Shown: positions 20,039 to 30,960 of the stretch, one piece after another | Numbering within the stretch: the stretch's first letter is position 1 | Layout of the letters: each line of letters starts with the position of its first letter | Source: a virus | Strand: one strand, 5' to 3' | DNA length: 64,000 nucleotides | Virus record (IMG/VR): IMGVR_UViG_3300050034_000098 | Span: 15,758-79,757 of that record | Notes under the pieces: generated by a model | Database searches by the model: none | Seen by the model: the letters and a program-made list of their open reading frames with translations, nothing else | What the model was told of the DNA's origin: nothing | Position numbers and translations under genes: made by a program

Positions 20039-20241
20039 AACAAACGGTAGTGCGTTAGATAAACCAGTAAAACCATACAAGAGAATAAAAAAACAATAAG
20101 TAATAATTAGCTAAAGCTAAGATTCTGTAAGTCATTCACTGACCAATCAAATAGATATGGTAAGTTCATTCCAACAGAATAATTTATTTTAAACATTTCT
20201 TATCATATTAAATAGATAGAAATAGATACTAATATTGTTTA

Positions 20242-20301
20242 CCTATATACTTATATGACTAGTATAAATTATATGTTAAATATGGTAAGAATAGAGAAGA
20301 A
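20242..20301 (+). repeat. Dispersed 60-bp element, copy D
   Basis: CCTATATACTTATATG...TAAATTATATGTTAAA...AATAGAGAAGAA, same spacing. Confidence 0.7.
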
Positions 20302-20688
20302 ATTAAGAAAGGATTTGATTACATGTACGCAATTTATGATGTAAAAGGTAACTATTATTTGTCTGGAAAAGATAGTGCAGTAAAAATATTTAAAACCAAA
20401 GAACATGCAATAAAACGATTAGAAAGATATGTTCCAGATAATTTGTTTGTTGTAAAAGTTTCACTTAATATTGATGGATATATTGATACAAAGCACTAAG
20501 AAAGGAATTATTAATATGGTAAAGGGAAATATTCATAAGAAAATAACAAATGAAGATAAATTTGTTAGAAAATATTATTGTGAACACGCAAGACTAAATT
20601 CAATTAGATTTGATAAGAAATTTAATAAACGAAAACTAAGAAGATATTTAAAAGATTTAGATAATGTATAAAAGAAGGGAAATAATAT

Positions 20689-21117
20689 ATGCATATTTTA
20701 ACTAAGATTTATAATGATTGTTATAATGTTTTAAAACTAAGTGAACCAATGCCAAAACCAGAAATTACTGGAGCGAGAGCTTATTTTGGTAAATGTTTTC
20801 GTAGTAAAGATGATGGTAAAAATAATTACCTTAAAATAAAATTATCTAAGAATTTACTAGATTTATTAGACTTAGAAACAATTTATATTAAAGCAATTGA
20901 TACAATTTGTCATGAGTTTGCACATATGTACATTTGGGAACACAATAAAAATCATGAGTTGTTAACTAAATTCTATAGAGAAAAGTGTTTGTCTATTTTA
21001 AATAAAGAAAAATATTTAAATGATATACAAAATATTAAACCTAAAAAGCCTTATTATTTTACAATAAGTGATGTCGCATTAAATGTAGAAAGTATGCGAC
21101 AAAATAAATTAATTTAG
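20689..21117 (+). CDS. SprT-like zinc metalloprotease
   Basis: FGKC...IKLSKNL...TICHEFAH...H (HExxH plus downstream His). Confidence 0.75.
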   Translation: MHILTKIYNDCYNVLKLSEPMPKPEITGARAYFGKCFRSKDDGKNNYLKIKLSKNLLDLLDLETIYIKAIDTICHEFAHMYIWEHNKNHELLTKFYREKCLSILNKEKYLNDIQNIKPKKPYYFTISDVALNVESMRQNKLI

Positions 21118-21118
21118 C

Positions 21119-21147
21119 TTTACAAAATATTAAATTAGGGCTATAAT
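21119..21147 (+). promoter_or_regulatory. sigma70-type promoter
   Basis: TTTACA-17-TATAAT. Confidence 0.7.
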
Positions 21148-21170
21148 AGAAAGAAAAGGAGATGTAAGTA

Positions 21171-22468
21171 ATGAATCAGAAAATAGTTAATTTTGGAATT
21201 GAACTGCCTTTAGAGTGTTTTTCTTACGATGAATATAGAAGTCGTGGTTGTATAAATTATTATAAAATTAAAAAATATGGAGATTGGTTATATGGTCAAT
21301 TTACACATTTAAAAGTAGAACATAAAAATGATATGTTTAACTACGAACTTGGCAGTTTTGATAAAGAAAATAAATTCATAGCAATTTTATATTGGCATGC
21401 GAATGATTATTATCATAGCATTTTAGATGTGGAGGGATAAATAATATGGCGGCTTTAGATTATGGGAGTATTGTTAAAGTAAATGGTAAAATGGTACAAA
21501 CAAAAATGTTTATGGATATGAAAAAATCAGTTGGATATACAGTTAGTAAATCAGTATATGGTGGAAATGAAATAGAAATTAAAGGAAATTTTTTCTCTTA
21601 TCTAGGAGATAAAGAATTTACAGTATGTGTATATAAAACATGTTTAGTGTTTTTGTTAAAGGGAAAAGTAGTAAAGGTAATTCATGGAACTGACAATAAT
21701 TATGATTTACCATATGAAAAATTTACTCATAAAGATAATATTAATGGTATAAAAATTATGATAAAAGGCAACAAAACTGGAGAATACCGTTATAAATTAA
21801 GGTTTTGGTATAAAAACAATTTGTATGAATGTATTTATGGATATGGAGTTGACTTAAACTTAAAGTATTGGTATAATTTACACAACAATGAAAAAAATTA
21901 CTTATCAAAATACTGGTTTAATAATTAAGGAGGTGTGATTAATGGCAACTTTATGTATGTTTTTGATATATTGGTGTGGGTTTATGGTTGGTGGGTTAAT
22001 TGGATTAGATGTCATGAGTATTTTTTATGGTGTTATATTGGGAATAATTGGAACAACTATTGTAGAATGGAATAATAAATAAAAAGGAGAAATGATATGA
22101 AAGATATTGAAAAAATGGTAATGGAAAATAAATATGGTAATTCGGCAAAAATAAACTTAGAAGAAGCAATTAAAAAATTTGAAATGTTATACGTAGCAGA
22201 AACCGAAGATTATATTGAAACAGATGATACCAAAATGATAAAAGAAATACCAAAAGAATATCATGTATTTGGTACAGAAATGGAGCAAATGAAAATTAGT
22301 GCATATGATATTGTAGAAAACGCTTGTGAAGAATTATTTGAAGATGCTATGGACTCTGTATATAATATTAATGATTTACAAAAATTTATTGATTATTGGA
22401 TTGAACAAAATGCAAGAGGAGCAGACACTTATTATCCAGATTATAAATATGGGGTGATTTTAAAATGA
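21171..22468 (+). other. Hypothetical ORFs 21171-21440, 21446-21928, 22097-22468 and a small membrane ORF
   Basis: ORF track, RBSs. Confidence 0.65.
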
Positions 22469-22857
22469 TTGAATTTAAAATGGTTACAAAAAGGAAAATA
22501 GATTTAGAGTATGAAGAAGAATTTGAATTTGGATTACATACATATAAAATTACGAGAGATAACGTTTTATGCGTAAAGAAAGAAAATAGTTGGGAGTCAT
22601 CTTGCCAAACATTATCTTGGGTTTGGCTTAATCAAGATGGACTTATTAAACAGCCACAAAAACCATTCTGGGCAGAACAAGATGAAAAATATTACTACAT
22701 TACACAAGATGGTAAAATTGACTTTGACACATTTGTAAATGGATGTCTGTCTGACGTTTTTAAAAGGAAATTAGGAAATTGTTTTAAAACAGACAATATT
22801 ACTCAAGAACAAATTAATGAATATCTTAATAAATTAAATAATAGGGAGATTTTATGA
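22465..22857 (+). CDS. Hypothetical protein, paralog family member 2
   Basis: DLEYEEEFEF...YKI...KPFWAEQDEKYYYI...GNCFKT...QEQINE. Confidence 0.7.
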   Translation: MIEFKMVTKRKIDLEYEEEFEFGLHTYKITRDNVLCVKKENSWESSCQTLSWVWLNQDGLIKQPQKPFWAEQDEKYYYITQDGKIDFDTFVNGCLSDVFKRKLGNCFKTDNITQEQINEYLNKLNNREIL

Positions 22858-23139
22858 AATGAAATATAACTGGTTTGTATAATTTGTAATTGAAACACCA
22901 TCCCCAACCACTTTCGGAAACTTATTAGTAACTTGTAAAGAATTAGAGATAGAACAGCATTTAAATAGTGTACTAAGTAATATGAGTACTTTGGGATATG
23001 CTACAGTATTATTTTACAAAAAATTGGAGGACTAAAAAATGAAAGAGAATTTAAAACCAGCGAAAGGAATTTTAACAGCAATGGCTTATGGTTTAATTTT
23101 ATGGGTTTTAATAGGGTTTTTCGTATACAAAATAATCAA

Positions 23140-23204
23140 CCTATAGAAGTATAAGGACATAGTAAATTATATCTAAATAATAGCATATTTGTAGAAGAAT
23201 TTAG
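23140..23204 (+). repeat. Dispersed 60-bp element, copy C
   Basis: CCTATAGAAGTATAAGG...TAAATTATATCTAAA...TTTGTAGAAGAATTTAG (17 bp identical to copy A), 48-bp spacing. Confidence 0.8.
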
Positions 23205-23365
23205 GATTAAAACGGAAAGGAGTACTAATTTTTATGGTCATAAATTTTATAAAATACAAGAATCTTAAAGAATTATTCAAATTAAAGAAATATGAATTAG
23301 CAAAATTATTCTGTAAAAAATATAAAATAAATTATTATAAAACAAAAAGAAAGTGGAGTGAGTAA

Positions 23366-24871
23366 GTGAATGCAATAAATGGTTTAACCGAAATGTTTAA
23401 AAGAAATCAAGATAAACAAACGGAACTTGGTTATACAGCTTATCACACAATAAAAGAAATTAATGATTTTATTAGCAAAATGGATCAAATGAATGATGAT
23501 CTTCTTTATATCAAAAAGGGAATTATAGCACTTGAAAATGAAGAAAAATACGAGAAGGCATTAAAATTTATAGTTGAAAATTTGCTAATAAAACGAGATG
23601 AGGTATTTTGTGAAAACCATTGTCCCCTTACTATGAATTGTAAAACACAAAATTGCTACGAACAAATTATAAAATATGTTAAGAGAAGAGTTGGGATAAA
23701 TGAAAATTAATGAAGCAATACAAATTGTAGAACAAATTGAACAGACATTTGATCAAAATAGAGATTTTATGGTTGATACGGGGCAATATAAAGAAAAGAT
23801 TGAAGATATGACGAATAAAATTATAGCTTTAGATTTGGTTCTTAAAGAACTTAGAAGTTATATAAGAATATCAAACGAAGATCAAAATTATCATACACAT
23901 AGTTAATATAAAGGAGAGATAAAATGAAATTCATTAGTACGGAAGATATGATAAAAATATTTCAATCATATAAAGGTAAAAAAGATTGGGAACTTAAAGA
24001 AATGGAACAGATATTTGATAATTTTGGAGAAACGTGGTATATTGTGGATGGAACTTTTCAGAAAAGCAAAGATCCAATTCATAACATTAATGATATATTA
24101 GAAGAAGGATGGGAATAAATAGGGAAAATGTAGTCAGAGAATTAGTATTTGAGAACAATAAATTAAATCACGCATTAATTTTAATGGCAAAGACAATTCA
24201 AGAAGAATTTTTAGAAGATCTCTGTGATTGTTGTATTTTAAATGGGACTAATGAATGCAAGGTAACAGAGTGTGTTCAAGGAACAGTTAAATATTATAAA
24301 AGTAAATCAGGAATGAAAGGTGAGGACTAAATGCAAATAAACAACTATATTATTACTTGCACCGAATGTGGAGATAAGAGATATCTCATATATGGCAATA
24401 CTGATAAGGTAATTAAATTTTATGAAGACAAAGAATGGTCGATCCTATATATATAAAGATTATGGATTGTTGCCTATAGAATTAAAAGGGATTTGTCCTG
24501 ATTGTAAAAAGAATATTAAGATATTAGGAAGTGACTAAATGAAGTTTTTACAACGAGAAGAATATTTAAAATTACCTTGGATTAAACAAATAAATATGCT
24601 AACTTTTTTATATATGAGTAAATCAGAAATACCTTTTTATGTAAATAAGAAAATGAATAATTCTTTTTTTAAATTAAGGAAATTCTTTCAGACCAAACAA
24701 GAATATAAAAGCATTTATGTATTTTTATTGTCAACTGATAATGAATTTAAAAACTTGACAGAAATGTTTAAAGAGTGTAATATGTTCTATGAGAGGAAAA
24801 AATATAGTAGTAGCAAGGTTTCATCCGAATCATATAAGCCAATTAGTTTAGAAGATGTATTGAATTTATAA
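23366..24871 (+). other. Cluster of small hypothetical ORFs (23366-23710, 23700-23906, 23924-24118, 24109-24330, Zn-ribbon ORF at about 24331-24537, 24539-24871)
   Basis: ORF track and RBSs. Confidence 0.65.
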
Positions 24872-25030
24872 GGAGTAAAATTATGAGTTATAGAAAGAAG
24901 AGAGAATCAGGATTTGTTGAATATTTTGGAGCATTATTACTTATATTAGTCTTAATTATTTGGGGATTATTGTATTTAGGAATTTATTTATTTACGCTGT
25001 TATTTAAATTATTTTAAAAGGAGAATAAAA

Positions 25031-25138
25031 ATGGAATTTAATAAATATATGCACGTAGAAAAATTTGGTAATGAAGAAGTAGAAGGGATTGAAATTGGTA
25101 AAAGAATAAGACTTCAAAGATTGATTTTAAATTATTAA
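25031..25138 (+). pseudogene. Possible remnant of a phage RNA ligase-like gene (N-terminus only)
   Basis: MEFNKYMHVEKFGNEEVEGIEIG resembles the N-terminus I recall from phage Rnl2-like ligases, but stops before the KxDG motif. Confidence 0.45.
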
Positions 25139-25217
25139 ATAATTTTGTAATTAAGAAAATTAAAGAAACCAGAAAAGATTTATTTTAAATATACAAAAAT
25201 AGAAAAGAGGTGATTCT

Positions 25218-25637
25218 ATTCGAATTATTTTAATTATTTTATTAATGAATTTAGGTTTATCAAGTTTAAATCATGATGAAATAAGTTATCCGCAAATTAG
25301 TAAATGTATGGAAATTAGAATGCCAATTGAGGAAATTGAAGAGATAGAAGAACCAATTACACCGTCAGATATACTTATTTACGTCAAGACGACTGCTTAT
25401 AATGAATTTGATAGCAATACACCAGGAAATATTATGGCAAGCGGTAAACGAGTCTATGAAGGCTCTGTGGCTTATAATCAATTACCACTTGAAACTAAAA
25501 TAGAAATAGATGGAATAACTTATGTAGTTGAAGACAGATGTGCATATGACAACGTAATAGATATTTATATGAATACTATTGACAAGTGTAATGAATATGG
25601 TGTACAATATAAGAAAGTGAAAGTGAAGGAGAATTAA
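25218..25637 (+). CDS. 3D-domain (MltA/RlpA-like) peptidoglycan-acting protein with signal peptide; probable ATT start
   Basis: VKTTAY...MASG...VA...LPLETKIEIDG..YVVEDR....IDIYM; GAGGTG RBS precedes in-frame ATT at 25218, giving MRIILIILLMNLG. Confidence 0.8.
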   Translation: MRIILIILLMNLGLSSLNHDEISYPQISKCMEIRMPIEEIEEIEEPITPSDILIYVKTTAYNEFDSNTPGNIMASGKRVYEGSVAYNQLPLETKIEIDGITYVVEDRCAYDNVIDIYMNTIDKCNEYGVQYKKVKVKEN

Positions 25638-25909
25638 TATGAATATAAGAAAAATATCAAAGAAAAATAGGGAAGTGGTAGTTGTATTATCTAGTACTGA
25701 ATTAGTAAAGATTTGTAATGTATTTTATAATGCACAAGATGAAGATAAAAATGAATTATATTTCAAATTGTATGGGGAAATGATGGTAGCAAATAATATA
25801 TGTCAGTATGGGCTTATAGATGATTTTTGTTTTAGTCGTGTTGTTGATTGTAGAAGCATTGAAAAATCAAAGAAAAAATAAAATTAAACAGCTAAAAAGG
25901 AGAGATAAT

Positions 25910-26221
25910 ATGAAATTTAAAGAATTAGACGGATATATTAAAAATATTGATAATGGTGTTGAATTAACAGATAAAGAACTTGAAGATTTTCAAGAATTCT
26001 CAATAACAGATTATGAAGGAGAACAACATAGATGGACACAAGACGTTGAATCGATTATTCCATATAATAAAAGATTATTTAGATTAACTTGGTCACGAGG
26101 GCTAACGGAAATGTGCGAATCGTATTATTGCGACCAGCCAATTGAAGTTGAAAAGGTTATAACAACAAAAACTATTGAAGTTATTGAATACGTTCCAATT
26201 AAAAAGGAGGATAGCAAATGA
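25910..26221 (+). CDS. Hypothetical phage protein (start revised)
   Basis: AAGGAG RBS before ATG at 25910; HRW...WSRGLTE motif. Confidence 0.7.
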   Translation: MKFKELDGYIKNIDNGVELTDKELEDFQEFSITDYEGEQHRWTQDVESIIPYNKRLFRLTWSRGLTEMCESYYCDQPIEVEKVITTKTIEVIEYVPIKKEDSK

Positions 26222-27069
26222 TGGATATAGAAAAGAATAGAAATAGAGGTAATTATACATTTGCTAACATAAATCTTTTAGGAAAATGTAATGCAAATTG
26301 TTATTTTTGTCTAGGAAAAGATATACCAGAACTGTTAAATAAACATAATCAAGAAAAGGTACATTGGTCTAAGTGGAATAATTTTGATAAGTTTTTAGAT
26401 AGATGTAAGGTAGAGGGAATTAAAAAGCTTTATCTTACAGGACAAAATACAGATGCGTTATGCTATAAATATTTTGATGAATTTGTCGACTATATTCAGT
26501 CTAGTGGTTTCGTACTTGGTATTCGTACAAATGGATATTTATTAAAAGATCATGTTAATGCTGTGAGAAAACTACAAGATGAAGTTGGATTGTCAGCACA
26601 TTCTCTAAATCCTGAAACTAATTATAAAATAATGAAACGCAGAGATATTCTTGATTGGAAATCCATAATTCCATCAGTTAAGTCTAAAACAAATACAATT
26701 AGAGTTGCAACAGTTGTGAATCGCTATAACGCTGATGAATTTGAATCGGTTATGAAATATTTGTCAGAAATAGACGAAATTAAATATATTCAAGCAAGAC
26801 GCATTTCTACAGATATTAGGAAAGATGAATTAATGCCAGATATCGAAATTTATGAAAATGTTTATCAAAAAATGATTAGTAAGCATAAGATTTATGGAGA
26901 TTTTTATGGAGCACAGTTGGTAAATATGTTTGGTAAGGAAGTTTGTTTTTGGAGAACTGTTGAAACAAGTGCAAATAGTTTAAATTATTTTACCGATGGT
27001 ACTTGTTCTGATAACTACTTCGTTGTTGAAGGGTATTTAAAGAACTACAAAAAGGAGGATAATAAATAA
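26218..27069 (+). CDS. Radical SAM enzyme of unknown function
   Basis: CxxxCxxC (GKCNANCYFC), LYLTGQNTD (GGE-equivalent), IRTNG; no SPASM domain. Confidence 0.85.
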   Translation: MMDIEKNRNRGNYTFANINLLGKCNANCYFCLGKDIPELLNKHNQEKVHWSKWNNFDKFLDRCKVEGIKKLYLTGQNTDALCYKYFDEFVDYIQSSGFVLGIRTNGYLLKDHVNAVRKLQDEVGLSAHSLNPETNYKIMKRRDILDWKSIIPSVKSKTNTIRVATVVNRYNADEFESVMKYLSEIDEIKYIQARRISTDIRKDELMPDIEIYENVYQKMISKHKIYGDFYGAQLVNMFGKEVCFWRTVETSANSLNYFTDGTCSDNYFVVEGYLKNYKKEDNK

Positions 27070-30029
27070 TGGATGATAAAATAACAGAAGAATATATCGA
27101 ATGGTTGCAGAATTTATTTAACTCAAGAGCAAATCAAATTGAATTAACTCCAAAAAATAAAAGACCAGCCGCATCACCTCCAATGAATCCAACATATGTC
27201 TGTAGCTTTAAAGAAAAATGTGATAAAAAATTAAATGAATTAGGTCTTAGATTCACTTATGAATCAGATGAAAGAATTTTTATGAATTACCGTGATAAAG
27301 AAATTGCAGACACAATTGTAGTTTTAATGCGTGAAATTGAATTTTTAAAATATAAATGAGGTGGTTAAATAATGGAAATTGGAGATAAAGTAAAAGTTGT
27401 TGACGGATTTGAAGCATATACTAATTATAGTACTTTTGTAAAAGATAATATCCCAATGCTAATTGATTTTTATGAAAATGGCAATGTGCCAAAAGCAGAC
27501 AATATTGTATATGAGATAATTGCAAGATGGGCATTAAAAGGTGGAAATAAATTTATATATGGTATTTACAATAATGAAATTAAAGTGCTTTATATTATTA
27601 GCGAGAATGGATTGAAACTTACAGACAAAGGAGATAATAAAATGAAAATTGGAGATAAGGTAAAAGTAAAAAGTTGGGATGAATTATTGAAATCGGGTAA
27701 AGAAACGGAGGAAGGAAACATTTATTTTATTAGTGGTACTTTTTTAAATAATATGAGATATTATTGCGGATGTGAATGTACAGTTTCGGAAATGTGGGGT
27801 AATGGATTTTATTTAGACAAAGATAAAAGATATTGTTTTACAGAAGATATGATTGAAAATAATTCTAGTAAGATGATCGAAAAATATGTTATTTTAGATA
27901 CGAGATCTGGAGAACTAGTAATAGAAGATAATAATCCTTATTTTTATTCATTAGAAGATGCTCAAGATTATGTTTTAGAATGCGAAGAAAGTCCACAATT
28001 ATTAAATATTTTAGAGGTTTCAAAAGTGTTCGAATGTGAATTAAATTTTAAGGAGGTAAAATAAATGAGTAAAATATGGATTGTAGAATCATTTGACGGA
28101 GAAAGTAATTCTATTCTTGAGGTTTTTGATAATGAAAAAGAAGCAGAAAAGTATAAGATTTATAGTGAAATATTAGATGATGGTGGATATGATTCTTTTT
28201 ATGTGACAAAATATGAAGTAGAAAGTAACTTTGAATATAATTTAAGTGATATTGTTTTTTATTATTCTGTTGACTTTTACGATAATGAAGATTCACGGAT
28301 TGGTAAAAAATATGGTGAAATTATTTGGGTTAGTGCAGTTAAATCAAGAGGTGAAGATAAAGAATATATAGAATATGACAAGGAATATGATGAATTTTAT
28401 GCCGTCGTTGCCGTTCCATATAAAGAAAATGAAACAGATGATGGACGTGAAGAAATTGCTAAAGAAAAAGGATTAAAATTATTAAAAGAATGGAGTAAAA
28501 ACAATGAGAACATTTGATTTTGACCAATCGGTTGAATATAATGATTTAGTTAAAGAATATGATAAACTTGAAAGCCTAGTTATTTATATTACAAAAATGC
28601 AAGTCAACGGAGAAATTGATAGATTAGATACGCTATCGAGGGCAACATATCTTTTAGAAGAAAAAATGATGAATATTGGTAAACAAATTAATAAGATAAG
28701 GAAGTGAAACGACTGATGAAGCGGTTTAAATATTTAAGAAAATTATCTTTAGAAGATTTTGCAGATGTAATGCTATACGGATATGATTGTAAAAATTGTC
28801 CTGAATTTAGAGAATGTGGATGTAGTGATTATAAAGATGAAAGTATAGAAGGCTGTAAAAAACATGTTATTGATTGGTTAAATCAGGAGGTTAATAATGC
28901 TGATTGTAAATAATTTAGAAAAATTAAGTAAATATGGATTTACAAAAGGTCATTTTAATATTTATAAAAGAATACTATACGAGGATGAAGATTATGATGA
29001 AATTAGTTTATTAGTAAACAACCTAAATGATAGCAAGAGTAATCAACTAATGCTATACTGTAATATTTATAGAGTAGAAAGTGGAGAGTTTGATATTCCA
29101 ATTGCAATTGATATTATTTATGATATGATTAAGGACGGAGTTGTTAGTAAAATATGAGAATGTTTAGATGCCCAGAATGTAATTTTAAAGGATGTGCAGA
29201 AGAATGGAATAATGAACAGTCTTTTGCAGTAAGACCGCATCCAATACAAAGTGAAAATATGGTAGAATATCGCTATAGATGTCCAGCTTGTAGTGAAATA
29301 ATTTCAGGCGAGGAAATTTGGGAGGTTACGGACGATGAAGGTAAAAGTAATTAAATGTAAAAATAGTTATTATTGGTATAATAATATGGTTGGTAGAATT
29401 TTTGATGTAGAATTATCGACAGATAAATCAGGCTACAGTGTCATTGATTGGAAAAAATATACTATTTCAGCTGATGAATGGAACGGGACTTGCGGACTTT
29501 ATATCTCGGTAGAAGATACAATTAAATTAGACGAAAATAAAACAGAAAATATGGAAACACAAAATTTATTATTAGAAATGTGCAATTTTAGTTTATTTGA
29601 AAGAACGGCAAACGAATATGTAAATAGATTACAAGAATATCCAAGTTTATTAAGAGAATTAAAACAATTAAAACAAAAGAATATGCTCCTGCTGGAGCGA
29701 TTACATCAATGCAAGAAATCACATAGAGAAAATAAAGATAAATTAATGGGTAAAATCTATAAAATATTAAGGAGAAATAAATAATGTTTATTTGGAATAG
29801 TGATAAAACAGAATTAATTAATAGTGATAAAGTATCAAATTTTTATATTGGATTTACTCCAGCTAATAGAAATAAGATATTTGCAAGACAAGCTCCAATT
29901 AAGCCTGACACAACTAATAATTGTGATTATTATGAAGATGATTTAGTTAAAAAGTGTAAAGATTATAATGAAGCTAAGAAATACCTAGAACGAATTGGTA
30001 TTTTATTACAAGCCGCAGATATTAGTTGA
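27069..30029 (+). other. Cluster of hypothetical ORFs (27069-27359, 27372-28064, 28065-28517, 28504-28707, 28704-28913, 28897-29157, 29154-29354, 29335-29784, 29784-30029)
   Basis: ORF track, translational coupling. Confidence 0.7.
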
Positions 30030-30066
30030 ATTGAGTCACTTTTTGTACTATAAAAGGAGATAAAAT

Positions 30067-30960
30067 ATGAGTATAGTCGATACTTTAAATAATAAAAGTT
30101 TAGTAGAATATATTGAGTCTGTAGAACATTTACAAATTGAACCATTTGGGGATGGAACATATAGATGTGTTTGTCCACTTCATGAAGGTGCAGAAAATCC
30201 AACAAGTTTTACGGTTTTTGATGACAGTAATTATATTTGTTTTAGTTGTGGCTCAAATGGAAGATTAATTGATTATGTTATGGATAAAAACGATTTGTCA
30301 TTTAAAGAAGCAATTGAAAAATTAGCAGAAGAATATGGATATGACTTAAAAAGAGATGTAAAATATAAGACACAAATGGATCTGTCAGATGAAATTAATA
30401 GAGGCATGATTGAATTTGAAAAACATATTGATAAATGTTATAAGTACGTAAGTAATAGTCGAGGAATTTCTGATGAAATGATTAAAAAATATCATATTGG
30501 GTATTGGGAAAAGGGAAATGCCGTTGTAATTCCCCAATTTAATATGTATGGATTGCCCGTTGGCTTTTTATATAGGTTTTTGGATAGTGATGTTAAGTCA
30601 AAGTATAAGAACAGTAAAAATACAGAACTTTATGTAAAAGGAGAACATTTGTTTAATCTAAATAATATTAGAAAAACTCTTAAAGATAAGAAATGTTTAT
30701 ATTTATGTGAGGGAGCATTTGATGCTATTAGTTGTCAACAAATGGGTTATCCAAGTCTTGCCTATTTTGGAATTAGCTTAACAAAAAATCATGTAAATCT
30801 TATTAAAGAAGTAACGCAAAGAATTGATTGCTTAGATATTATTTTAGTTCCTGATAATGATAATAAGGCTTCTAAGTTTATTCCAAAAGCAAGAGATTTA
30901 TTTAACAAAATTTATCCAAACGCAAATTTATTAGTAGCAGATATTGGTGATTTATTATGA
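30067..30960 (+). CDS. dnaG: DNA primase (CHC2 zinc finger plus TOPRIM)
   Basis: CPLH...TSF...CFSCG; CEGAFDAIS; PDND. Confidence 0.9.
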   Translation: MSIVDTLNNKSLVEYIESVEHLQIEPFGDGTYRCVCPLHEGAENPTSFTVFDDSNYICFSCGSNGRLIDYVMDKNDLSFKEAIEKLAEEYGYDLKRDVKYKTQMDLSDEINRGMIEFEKHIDKCYKYVSNSRGISDEMIKKYHIGYWEKGNAVVIPQFNMYGLPVGFLYRFLDSDVKSKYKNSKNTELYVKGEHLFNLNNIRKTLKDKKCLYLCEGAFDAISCQQMGYPSLAYFGISLTKNHVNLIKEVTQRIDCLDIILVPDNDNKASKFIPKARDLFNKIYPNANLLVADIGDLL

